Notes: generated from the sequence alone by a model not told the origin. Shown: positions 15,316 to 24,001, counted from the stretch's first letter. The stretch is 30,533 nt of DNA from an uncultured virus (IMG/VR IMGVR_UViG_3300029953_000003) (IMGVR_UViG_3300029953_000003); one strand, 5' to 3'. Made by a program: numbers and translations.

Positions 15316-16482
15316 TCATGCACGGCAAGACCTCGCCCACGCGTTGCTGAACGCGTCATAGAGATCCGCGAGAGTGACGTCATGCCCGGCGCGGCCGAGG
15401 AGCGGGAACGGCGCCTCGTCCGAGGATGACGCGAGCCTCTTCACCGGCGGCATCACTCGCGGCAGATCGCACTCTCCGCGGTCCAGAAGGCTCTCGACCG
15501 CATCGACGACATCCTGATAGTTCGGCATCATGATGTGGCCGGACGGCACGAAGTAGCTCGGGTAGCCGTTCAGCGCAGCCAGGCTTGCCGGCACAAGGCC
15601 ATCGCCGCCATCTGACTGGAGATACTCGAAGCCGCGCGAGCCAAGCTTGGCGCCGTCGACCGTCGCCCAACCGTGCCCGACAATGCTGTGGGTGTCGACG
15701 TGGTCGCCAACCAGCCCATCGCGCGACCATCGCGAAGAGCGAAGAAGATCTGCCCGAGGCTGCGGTCCCTGCTGAGGCCAGCCCCTCGGATCGAAAAAGT
15801 CGACCTCGCCTTCCCGTGGGAGCTGCTGGTAGACCGATGGCCACGTGTTGAACACGCCGGTCGCCAGGGCGCTGGCGCTGTTCCTGGAGTCGATGACGCT
15901 CAGCGCGCGGAGCACCCAGTGGGTGCCGCGGATGCCTTGCGCCGCCGCATAGGTCCCCCCGTTGGGGGTGCCCAGCAGGATAAGCTTGCTCAAGCTGGAC
16001 GCGGCGCCCAGGGCCGCCGCCGCGCGGGCCACCAGGCCCCCCATGCTGTGAGCGACCACGTGCACCGGGCGCCCAGGTCCGACGATCGCGATCCGTGCGG
16101 CGAGCTCCGCGCCGAGATCCTCGATTCTGCGCCGCCAGTCATAGGCATGAACAACAACATCATAACCAAGGAGCTGAAGCCGAAGCCGGAGTTGAAGATA
16201 GATCGTATCGATCGCTCCAGCGGTCTTGAGGGCCGGCGCCATCGGATCGTAGGCGAGCTCGACCAGGAGCCCCTCGCGAATCGCCTCGACGTCGAGCCAC
16301 AGGTCTTGTCCGCCCACGCGAAGCGCAGATCCGCCAAGGCCAGGAACGATGATCACGGTCTCGCCCCGCCGCGAGATCGCAACATTCTCGAGCTGCTGAC
16401 GGAGATCTGCAATCCGCGACGTGACGAAATCAAGCATGTCCACTCTCCAGTTGTTGCCCGAGCTCATGCTCGCCTGCCTCAT
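15316..16482 (-). CDS. Alpha/beta-hydrolase, lipase/acyltransferase (LCAT/PGAP1-like); start at 16482 or 16437
   Basis: IIVPGLGGS, AYDWR, VAHSMGGL (nucleophile elbow), LGTPNGG, GDGLVP, GH. Confidence 0.9.
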   Translation of the reverse strand: MRQASMSSGNNWRVDMLDFVTSRIADLRQQLENVAISRRGETVIIVPGLGGSALRVGGQDLWLDVEAIREGLLVELAYDPMAPALKTAGAIDTIYLQLRLRLQLLGYDVVVHAYDWRRRIEDLGAELAARIAIVGPGRPVHVVAHSMGGLVARAAAALGAASSLSKLILLGTPNGGTYAAAQGIRGTHWVLRALSVIDSRNSASALATGVFNTWPSVYQQLPREGEVDFFDPRGWPQQGPQPRADLLRSSRWSRDGLVGDHVDTHSIVGHGWATVDGAKLGSRGFEYLQSDGGDGLVPASLAALNGYPSYFVPSGHIMMPNYQDVVDAVESLLDRGECDLPRVMPPVKRLASSSDEAPFPLLGRAGHDVTLADLYDAFSNAWARSCRA

Positions 16483-16655
16483 CGTCACCATCGTCCTCGT
16501 CCCCACTCTCGCAGGCGCACGAAATGGACGTCGATCCCTCCGCGGCACGTCGGCGCTCCTGAAGCATCACCAGGCGAAACCGGCGCGGCTGTTGACATGC
16601 GGTTCTACCTTAGGACGACAGAACGAAACGTCAAGCGCGAAGCGTCAAGGTTGAC

Positions 16656-17912
16656 TTACTCGAGGAGGCGCAGGCGAAGCTTCGCGAGCGAGGTCTCCTG
16701 GCGCTGGCGGACGCGCTCGCGCGTCACGCCAAGCTTGTCGCCAAGCTCCTGGAGCGTGTGCTCTTCGTCGTCGATCCCGAAACGACCGCGCAAGATCCTC
16801 GCGTCATAGGGTGAGAGCGTTCCAAGGAGACGCCGCGACTCCCTCGCCATGTCCTGCTCGAGCTTGCGATCAAAAGGAGACGGAGCCTCGTCGCGCAGAG
16901 AGCTCAAAAACGTGTCGCCGCTTCCTCCGTCGTCGAAGTCGCCCGTCTTGACGTCGAGGGAAAGGGTCCCGCTGTTCCGGTGAAGATCGAGCGTCTTCAG
17001 CCTTGCTAGCGAGAGCCCCGTCTTCGTCTCGAGCTCCTCGAGCGTCGGCTCGCGGCCGTTCTGCGCCAAGAACACCTGCGTCGCGCGGTATACGTGGACG
17101 CGCGCCTCGAGAATGTGAACAGGGAGACGGACGACGCGGCCCTTGTCCGCCAGCGATCGCGTGATCGTGTGACGGATCCACCACGCTCCGTACGTCGAAA
17201 AGCGATACCCACGACTCGCGTCGAACTGATCGACCCCCTTCATCAGGCCGATGTTCCCTTCCTGGATCATGTCGAGCAGCGGCATGACTCCGCGCCGGTA
17301 GCCGCGGGCAACCGAGACCACGAGGCGCAGGTTCGCCTGCACAAAGCGATTCTTCGCGATCGCATGAGCCCGGAACGCTGACTCGACGCCACGAAAAGCC
17401 GAGCAAGCCCGATCCCCGCCCAGGCTTTCCGCCACGATCTCGCGCGCGCGCGAGACCCAAAGCCGGTCCGCGTCCTGAAGACGGATCATGGCCGCCAGCG
17501 CACGCACCCCCTTGGGGTACGCCTCCGCCTTGACCTTCCCTGCTTTGCCGATCGTCTTGAGCAAAGACTCCGACTGCATCCGCGCCCGAGAAAGCGGATC
17601 CCGATCCGAGGGATCGGCCTCGCTCTCCAGCTTTCCCAGATGCTCGTGCAGCGTCGTCAAAATCAGGCCGGCCGACGGGCCATGGGCGAGAAGCGCGGCC
17701 CACCTGTCGACCTCACATCGCTCGATCTCGTGGGCTGCCTCGGTCTCCTGTTCCGGCGACATCACCGGGAACTTCGACATCGCGCGAAAATATTCCGCAA
17801 GGGCAGGATCGATCGTGTCCACCGCCTTCCCTCTCGACTTCGACGAGGCACGAGGCAGAACACGAGCGCTTGACGCCGAGGCGCGAGCAGGTTGAAACAC
17901 TGGAGACTCCAT
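16656..17912 (-). CDS. Sigma70-family (RpoD/RpoS-like) RNA polymerase sigma factor
   Basis: ANLRLVVSVARGY, DMIQEGNIGLMKGVDQFD..GYRFSTYGAWWIR, RVVRLPVH, GREPT, TLQELGDKLGVTRERVRQ. Confidence 0.95.
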   Translation of the reverse strand: MESPVFQPARASASSARVLPRASSKSRGKAVDTIDPALAEYFRAMSKFPVMSPEQETEAAHEIERCEVDRWAALLAHGPSAGLILTTLHEHLGKLESEADPSDRDPLSRARMQSESLLKTIGKAGKVKAEAYPKGVRALAAMIRLQDADRLWVSRAREIVAESLGGDRACSAFRGVESAFRAHAIAKNRFVQANLRLVVSVARGYRRGVMPLLDMIQEGNIGLMKGVDQFDASRGYRFSTYGAWWIRHTITRSLADKGRVVRLPVHILEARVHVYRATQVFLAQNGREPTLEELETKTGLSLARLKTLDLHRNSGTLSLDVKTGDFDDGGSGDTFLSSLRDEAPSPFDRKLEQDMARESRRLLGTLSPYDARILRGRFGIDDEEHTLQELGDKLGVTRERVRQRQETSLAKLRLRLLE

Positions 17913-18000
17913 CTGGAAGAGAGCAATCTTCGGTGAAGAGAGAACAACCGTCAAGAAAGAAGCTTCGGTTCAATGGCGCTTGAGTCGTTGTACAATCACG

Positions 18001-18029
18001 AGAGTGATCTGTTACAGCGTGGGCGTCAA
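18001..18029 (-). promoter_or_regulatory. Putative promoter upstream of the sigma factor (a second TTGACG lies at 17954)
   Basis: TTGACG-17 nt-CACTCT, the same -10 hexamer as at 29408-29413. Confidence 0.5.
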
Positions 18030-18071
18030 CGTGGACGATCCGTGCCGAAGCCCGAGTAGCCGCCGTCGCTC

Positions 18072-20198
18072 TTACCCTTCTGCGCTCTTCAAAATAATCG
18101 CGGCCAGCTTCTCGAGCTTTCCGGCTGCCTCTTCGTCCACCTCGTCAACGCGAGGCGCGCGGTTTTTCTCCCCGCCCTTCCCGTCGCTCTCCCAGACCCG
18201 ACGTCCCGCCGACTGCCGGTCGAGCTCAGCAAGGTGCTCTGCCGTCGCGACCCGCTGCACGATCTCCTCCGCCGAGAGCTCGCGGCTGAGGCCCGCCCCA
18301 GCCGTGCGCGTCGTTCCGTCGCTTCGAACCTCATGCCGCTGCCCCGGCGCCCACACCGTTACCGCATCCAGGGGCGTGATCTTCCACGCCCCCACCCGGT
18401 AGTTCCGCGCGACGCTCGGGGGCTCCCCCTCGCCAGAGCCTAGGCATTGGACCCCGCGGCTCACGATGTCCGCTTCTTCGGCTCCGGCACTTCTCAAATC
18501 GAACACACGATCGCCGGTCACGTCAGTATCAGAAACGCCATCCTCCACCGCTTCTCTGGTGCGAACATCGTGAGCCGCGGGGTCCAGGGCCATGGCCCTG
18601 GCGGGGGTGCCGGGGGCGGAGCCCCTGGCGCTCTCCGGATTCTCGGCAGGGGGCCCGCCATGTGCAGCCGCCCAGCGGATTGCGGCAAGCGCGCCTTCTT
18701 CCGAGTGAAAAGCGCCGCCGTCGGTGTGAATGTAGAGCGGGATGGCGCCCTCGAGCTCGGCGCCACGGAGGAGGAGCCCGATCCATGCCTGGACGGCACC
18801 GATCACCTGGATGCCGGCTGGCAAGAGGGCGTTATCGTGCTGTCGCTCGGCGACAGGGAGCTGGTAGATCGAGTGGCCGAGGCTGGTCGCGCCGTCCAGA
18901 TCGTCCTCGGAAATGTCCTCGGAGCAGACCAGGCGACTCTCGCGTGGGCCCATCAGAAAAGCGCCGACCGCGCGCACCGAGAGCGCCTTCACGAGCTCGC
19001 TCTCCGCGGTCGTATCGCACTCCGAGCGCCAGCGACGTAGCGCCTCGCCGAAGCGCGCAAAAAGCGGATCCGGCGCGAAGCGGTAGACGGTCTGCACGCG
19101 GATGACCACACACCCGACCGCCTCGGCTGCCTTGAGCTGGAGCCCGGTCCAGGTTCCCCAGACGACCCCGGTCGGATAGCACGACGTCCCGGCTTCTGAC
19201 GGCTCGTACCGGAGCGGACCGTAGAGGAGCCCGGGAACCCGCACCAGCGCCACCACCACCGTGCACGGGTCGAGGTACTGGCTCTCCGTCCCCTCCCCCA
19301 GAAAGGCCACCCCAATCGGCACCGTCTCGAGCGCCGTCGGATACGCGCTCGAAAGATCCACGTCCGCCGGCGTCCCGTAGAAGGTCCGCACCGCCTGGTG
19401 GCCCCCCGGACCCGCAGGCGCGCGGTTCGTCTCGCTCACCGCGAGAGACCTCTGCGCCTTGCTGCCGCACGCAAGGCACGCGGCGCCGGCGGCTCCCTGA
19501 ACGCCGCAACGACTGCAAACTCGAATCTCTGCGCCAGGCCCCTGCGCAGTGCCCTTCCGGAGGACAACGTCGCCGGGGTGGCAGTAGAGCTCCTGGCGAC
19601 CGCCGCCCACGGCGCCTGCACGGCGAAGAGAGACCTCGAGCTGGGGGTCGACGACGAGTTCGTGGTCAAGGAACGTGCGGAAGAGCTCGAGGGCCGTGCC
19701 AGTAAGCGACGAGCCCAGAGTGACCGACGGGAAGCGCCGCAGGATCATGTCGTCGATCGCGTCGATCTCGGCAAGCGTCGCAGCGCACTGCTCCTCGGCC
19801 GTGAGGCCCGGCGACAAGCTGACGATGCCTGCCGCGCTCCGCCCGTGCCAGTAGACGTGCCCGGGAACGTCTTCGTCGTCGACCTCCCCCTTGGCGTCCC
19901 AAACACGGAGCGTCGAGATCACGCCGTGTCGCGCCGTCGCGCCTACCCGGTAGCCTTCCTTGAGGAGCGACGGCACCAGGCCCCGCCAGTCACTAGGCGA
20001 CGATGGTACAAGCCACACCTGCCCGAAGGGCTTGTACGTCGCCGCGTCCGTCAGGTAGTTGAGCAGAGCCGCCCGGTGCGCAAACCGCAGCGCACCGTCC
20101 GCATGCACCAGCGTCGAGCCGTCCTCGTCCACCGCCCCCAGGTACACCGCCGCGCGCCGCACCGGAACCGCCGCCTTGATAGGATCTTTCGGCTTCAT
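18072..20198 (-). CDS. Divergent family-B DNA polymerase-like protein
   Basis: GGGRQELY, DVDLSSAYP (motif A), YPTGVVWGTWT, VKALSVRAVGAF (altered motif B), LYIHTDG (motif C). Contains a CxxC..CxxC insert and repeats R8/R9. Confidence 0.75.
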   Translation of the reverse strand: MKPKDPIKAAVPVRRAAVYLGAVDEDGSTLVHADGALRFAHRAALLNYLTDAATYKPFGQVWLVPSSPSDWRGLVPSLLKEGYRVGATARHGVISTLRVWDAKGEVDDEDVPGHVYWHGRSAAGIVSLSPGLTAEEQCAATLAEIDAIDDMILRRFPSVTLGSSLTGTALELFRTFLDHELVVDPQLEVSLRRAGAVGGGRQELYCHPGDVVLRKGTAQGPGAEIRVCSRCGVQGAAGAACLACGSKAQRSLAVSETNRAPAGPGGHQAVRTFYGTPADVDLSSAYPTALETVPIGVAFLGEGTESQYLDPCTVVVALVRVPGLLYGPLRYEPSEAGTSCYPTGVVWGTWTGLQLKAAEAVGCVVIRVQTVYRFAPDPLFARFGEALRRWRSECDTTAESELVKALSVRAVGAFLMGPRESRLVCSEDISEDDLDGATSLGHSIYQLPVAERQHDNALLPAGIQVIGAVQAWIGLLLRGAELEGAIPLYIHTDGGAFHSEEGALAAIRWAAAHGGPPAENPESARGSAPGTPARAMALDPAAHDVRTREAVEDGVSDTDVTGDRVFDLRSAGAEEADIVSRGVQCLGSGEGEPPSVARNYRVGAWKITPLDAVTVWAPGQRHEVRSDGTTRTAGAGLSRELSAEEIVQRVATAEHLAELDRQSAGRRVWESDGKGGEKNRAPRVDEVDEEAAGKLEKLAAIILKSAEG
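18417..18473 (-). repeat. Repeat R8 (in frame, degenerate)
   Basis: Minus strand GCGGACATCGTGAGCCGCGGGGTCCAATGCCTAGGCTCTGGCGAGGGGGAGCCCCCG. Confidence 0.88.
18561..18628 (+). repeat. Repeat R9 (in frame, inverted partner of R8)
   Basis: GCGAACATCGTGAGCCGCGGGGTCCAGGGCCATGGCCCTGGCGGGGGTGCCGGGGGCGGAGCCCCTGG. Confidence 0.95.
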
Positions 20199-20207
20199 GA
20201 AATCCGC

Positions 20208-20276
20208 TTGGGGGCTGCGCGCCCCCAACCCCCCTCGCCAGGGCCACGGCCCTGGGCCCCACAGCTCACTTCGTTC
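20208..20276 (-). repeat. Repeat R10 (intergenic, upstream of the polymerase)
   Basis: Minus strand GAACGAAGTGAGCTGTGGGGCCCAGGGCCGTGGCCCTGGCGAGGGGGGTTGGGGGCGCGCAGCCCCCAA. Confidence 0.9.
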
Positions 20277-20288
20277 ATGCCAGTGAGC

Positions 20289-21104
20289 CTATCCATCTTC
20301 GCCCGCGATCGAGTATACGTCCTCCTGCAAATAACCATTCGCCTCCGACGTGACCTCCCCACTCTCGAGTGACGCGTGCTCCGTTTCCGGCTCCGCGCGG
20401 CGCTCGCACTCTCGGAAGTGCCTCAACGGGTCCGCGATCATGATGTTCGCGCACTGGCAGGGCGCCCCTGCGTTCGCCGTTGCGTCCGGCGCCGTCGCGA
20501 TCGCGAGGCGGATCCGCGTCTGCCGCTCGTCGTTCAGGACCAGCGCCACGAGGCGCACGCCGTTGACCGTCCCGTCGTCGTCGAACCCGAGCACGCCGCG
20601 GAGCATCCCCCGCTCCACGATCGTGCCGAGCGCACCCAGGAGCGCTTCGGCCGAGTTGACTACGGTGCCTCGTTCTTCTTCGGGTCGGGGCATGATCTGC
20701 TCGGCCAGCTCGCGGGAACGACCCCACGACACGACGTCGGCGAACCCATCGTCGAGCAGGACCACGAGGTTCCCGCCGCGGACGTGGACGCGCGCGTCGC
20801 TCTCTGCCGAGCCGATGATCCCCTCCTCATGCGCCAGCTTCGCGCGGTCAGCACGTGCCTCGGGCTCGCCGTGCGTCGCGTCGAGGCGCAACGGCGCGCG
20901 CAACTTGGCCACCAGGGCGTGCGCCTTGTGCGCGCCTACCTCGTCCTCCAGCTCGGCGACCCGAACGATCGCGGCGACGAGCGCGTTGTGGTGGCGGTCC
21001 GCATAGCCAGCGGGCCAGTCCACCCCGTGTCGCCTCGCGGCGACCATCTGGCCGTCGTCGATGTCGAACGCGTACTTCCCGTCGGCAAGGCTCACCGTCT
21101 TCAT
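20289..21104 (-). CDS. Hypothetical protein
   Basis: 271-aa ORF with GGAGG/GAGG upstream of ATG 21104. Confidence 0.75.
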   Translation of the reverse strand: MKTVSLADGKYAFDIDDGQMVAARRHGVDWPAGYADRHHNALVAAIVRVAELEDEVGAHKAHALVAKLRAPLRLDATHGEPEARADRAKLAHEEGIIGSAESDARVHVRGGNLVVLLDDGFADVVSWGRSRELAEQIMPRPEEERGTVVNSAEALLGALGTIVERGMLRGVLGFDDDGTVNGVRLVALVLNDERQTRIRLAIATAPDATANAGAPCQCANIMIADPLRHFRECERRAEPETEHASLESGEVTSEANGYLQEDVYSIAGEDG

Positions 21105-21208
21105 CGCCTCTCTGCCTCCTCGCACGCGCCGAAGGCCGGCGCCGCGGTTGCGGCGTCGACCATGTAGGCGTCAGCCGGGGAGGGGGTGAGCCTCCCCGGC
21201 CAACATCT

Positions 21209-21294
21209 CCGCTCGGTCGGGGCCGGCGAACCGGACGACCGAGGGGTCCCCCACGGGGTAAGGGCGGGCGCGTTCGCCGGCCCCGACCGAGCGG
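21209..21294. repeat. Perfect 23-bp inverted repeat with a 40-nt loop
   Basis: CCGCTCGGTCGGGGCCGGCGAAC (21209-21231) and GTTCGCCGGCCCCGACCGAGCGG (21272-21294). Confidence 0.9.
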
Positions 21295-21396
21295 GGGCCC
21301 ACCTTCCCAAGTGACGCAGGAGCGCCGGGACGGTGGACGACGGGACTGCTGGGCGGCGCAACGCCGACCCCCGCCGTACGCGCTCGGGTCCTGTCG

Positions 21397-21711
21397 CTAG
21401 GCCCGAGCCTGGGCCGCGGCCTCTCTACCCGCCGCGGCTTGGTCTTGGGCCGCTACGCGGTCGCGCGCGGCGTCCCGCTGGCGACCGGAGCGCTCGGGGC
21501 GCCTTGCTCCCCGGCGGCGCCTTGCGCCGGACGCCGACCTGGCGCTGCTGGAGAGCGGCGCGGTAGTGGGGGGGAGAGCAAGCACAGACACAGCGCTCAG
21601 GGCGCCGGTGATCCACGGAAGAGCTTTCACGAAAAGCTCCACGAGGGTCGGCTCGGGCACGAGCTTCTCGGAGACGATGCGGACAGCGAGCTTCTTGATT
21701 GCGTTGAACAT
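21397..21711 (-). CDS. Small hypothetical protein, possible single transmembrane helix with a basic tail
   Basis: MFNAIKKLAV..LPWITGALSAVSVLAL. Promoter-like TTGTCT-17 nt-TAGCGT-7 nt-ATG. Confidence 0.6.
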   Translation of the reverse strand: MFNAIKKLAVRIVSEKLVPEPTLVELFVKALPWITGALSAVSVLALPPTTAPLSSSARSASGARRRRGARRPERSGRQRDAARDRVAAQDQAAAGREAAAQARA

Positions 21712-21771
21712 GCCGTCGACGCTATCAGACACACACAAGAAAGACAAGGGATGCGGCGCCAGCGATACGGA

Positions 21772-22857
21772 TCAGTCGTCGACGATCCCGAGCTTGGAAA
21801 GAGCGCTCTCCTCAAGCTGGCGCGCGCGCTCTCGCGTGACACCGCCATCGCCACGCAGGTTGTCGAGGCGCTCTCCTACCTCAAGCAAAGTCCGGTAGAC
21901 GGGCGCCTGGAGGTCGTCGAGACCAAAGCGAAGGACGAGCATCTCGTACTCACGATGGAGCAAAAGAGAAGCCATCCTTCCGTCCCGATAAAGCCTCACC
22001 AGTGCTGCGAAAACATCAAGCCTAGCAATGGGCAACGTAAGCGCGAATCTCGGAACGCCAAGGTCCTCCGCGAGCTGGACCCTGCGCTCGGCCGACGCCA
22101 GCATCGGACGAAGGCGGAGGACATGCCTCCGAATCGAGCGGCCTCTCCGCATCGAGTCCTCGCCAACTTTCATGGTGTCGTCGAGGTACCAGAGAACGCT
22201 CAGGAGAATACTCGAAACAATCGCGGAGTGACCGTTCGCGTAGCCGTACTCCGTGGCGAGGAGGCGCTGCGGGATGTAGTCCTCCTCCGCAAGGCAGAAG
22301 TAGCGCGCGACCATCGTCGCTTGCTCGAACCCAAGGGCGAGTAGCTCATCGAAGAGCGCGCGCTGCTCACCGGACATCGTTTGAAGGAAACGGCGCTGGG
22401 CGGCGTACTGCGGCGAAACAATTCGGCCAGCCTCCCATGCCGCCTCCGGCCTGACGTGACCTGCGACAATGTCAACACCGCGCGCCTGGCAAAGGAAATG
22501 TCCGCCTTTACCGAGCAATCCAGGAAACGCGCTCGGGATAACCTGGATCGTCTTCAGCGACGAGCACCTCGACAGAACAGCCTCGAACATCCACAAAAAA
22601 GGAGTCCCATTCACGTGGACAAAGGCCGTGTCTTCCGGCATCTTCGCGATCGTCAGCTCGCAGTTCTTCCTTCCATGAACCGTGTGCACCACAACGATCC
22701 CGCGGCGCACAAGCGCATCGCCGTCGACGGCACCCGAGCCATGTGAAATCGACGTCGACGATTTCAAAGGAACGCCATGCCGACGCGGCGGAGTGCAATC
22801 TGCGCAGGCTACCTTCACCATATTGTGGTGACAGCGTTCGTACTTCACATCAAACAT
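21772..22857 (-). CDS. Protein with C-terminal sigma70 region-4 HTH
   Basis: REYEMLVLRFGL..RTLLEVGERL..GVTRERARQLEESALSKL. No region-2 motifs seen. Confidence 0.8.
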   Translation of the reverse strand: MFDVKYERCHHNMVKVACADCTPPRRHGVPLKSSTSISHGSGAVDGDALVRRGIVVVHTVHGRKNCELTIAKMPEDTAFVHVNGTPFLWMFEAVLSRCSSLKTIQVIPSAFPGLLGKGGHFLCQARGVDIVAGHVRPEAAWEAGRIVSPQYAAQRRFLQTMSGEQRALFDELLALGFEQATMVARYFCLAEEDYIPQRLLATEYGYANGHSAIVSSILLSVLWYLDDTMKVGEDSMRRGRSIRRHVLRLRPMLASAERRVQLAEDLGVPRFALTLPIARLDVFAALVRLYRDGRMASLLLHREYEMLVLRFGLDDLQAPVYRTLLEVGERLDNLRGDGGVTRERARQLEESALSKLGIVDD

Positions 22858-22865
22858 CGCGCCAG

Positions 22866-23057
22866 CTACTTCCCTGCCGTACGGCCAAGCCGAATCAAGC
22901 TGTCGTTTTCACAGGCAAGGCACACCATCGACTCCACCACGGAATCAGACGAAGAGCTCGTCCTGACGCTCAAGAGCTCTCCGCACGAACAAAAGCCGAC
23001 GTCGACAGGCGCAGCACGCTCAGCGGTGTAGGCGGTGGAGCCAACGAGGCTCGTCAC
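22866..23057 (-). CDS. Small putative zinc-binding protein
   Basis: CSCG..CLAC; GTGA coupling. Confidence 0.55.
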   Translation of the reverse strand: MTSLVGSTAYTAERAAPVDVGFCSCGELLSVRTSSSSDSVVESMVCLACENDSLIRLGRTAGK

Positions 23058-23386
23058 GTCGCGTCCGTAGGGGCTGCCGGGTTACTGGCTTCCGCGGCAG
23101 CGACAAGGCCACGCAGCGCCTCGTCTGCTTCTTTATGCGCCTGAGCTTCCGTCCGTGCAGACCCACTCTCGATCGCCTCGTCGTCCTTGTTGTCGAAGGG
23201 AGACCAGACCGACCACTCGAACCTTCTGAATGGCCAGTATCCGCCCGATAGCACGACGCGAGAAGCGATCGTGTCGTCTCCTCCTCCGATCCACGTCCTC
23301 TCTGTATTTCCTTCCTTGTCTGGCTTGCTCCACGCGCTCGCCTCGAGAACCAGAGTCAATCGAATCTTACTATCCGTGCCAGCCAT
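23054..23386 (-). CDS. Hypothetical protein
   Basis: GGAGG SD before ATG 23386. Confidence 0.75.
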   Translation of the reverse strand: MAGTDSKIRLTLVLEASAWSKPDKEGNTERTWIGGGDDTIASRVVLSGGYWPFRRFEWSVWSPFDNKDDEAIESGSARTEAQAHKEADEALRGLVAAAEASNPAAPTDAT

Positions 23387-23464
23387 ACTGCCTCCAATCT
23401 CCAATCCACATCACAAACGCACTACCGAACAGCACGCTGTCTTTTTGACGGTCGCCTTGTTTGC

Positions 23465-24001
23465 TTATCTGCCGAAGCCGTCCGCATCGGGCGACGGCCG
23501 CAACCGATCCACGCTCTCCAGAAGCTGAAAGTCCCGTGCGATGATCTTCCGCATCTGAAATGCACCAAGACCAACCGAGTGAACCGTAGGCCGCGCTCTT
23601 GGCCAAAGCTTAGCTTTGGCCAGCCAGGAACAGAACTCGAGGCCGCTCACGCGATGGTAACACGTTCCAAAGAACGGCCCACGGCCGCGTAGCGAAGCCG
23701 AAGCCACGCACGCTTCACACTGGCCCATGTCACAGCCCAGTGACATCGCCTGGACATCGTGCGCGAGAACCATGCGCCACGCGTCCTCCGCCGACCTCGC
23801 TACCGTCCACGTCGCGTCAGGAGGATCGCTATGCTCGTCGAGGTAGATCTTGATCGTTGCGACGCCAAGCTCTTCACGCCGGCGAAGAAAAGCCTCCCGA
23901 GCAATCGGACTCGCGAGGGCATCGCGCGTCGCGATGGCCACGTCAATCAGCCGCGCCGGGCCAGGACCTTCATAACGAGACCAGAACGTAGCCTGCATCA
24001 T
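23465..24001 (-). CDS. Cyclic-phosphate-processing receiver-like domain protein (degenerate)
   Basis: IKIYLDE..PP..WTVARSAEDA..MSLGCDMG..SGLEFCSWL..TVHS resembles LYLDD.R..W.VARS..ISLDHDLG..TGYD..VHSAN. Confidence 0.7.
   Translation of the reverse strand: MMQATFWSRYEGPGPARLIDVAIATRDALASPIAREAFLRRREELGVATIKIYLDEHSDPPDATWTVARSAEDAWRMVLAHDVQAMSLGCDMGQCEACVASASLRGRGPFFGTCYHRVSGLEFCSWLAKAKLWPRARPTVHSVGLGAFQMRKIIARDFQLLESVDRLRPSPDADGFGR

Noticed and set aside
1353..20276. CRISPR array interpretation of the repeat family
   Set aside because: Copies are 45-70 bp, dispersed at irregular kilobase distances in both orientations. There are no regular spacers and no cas genes.
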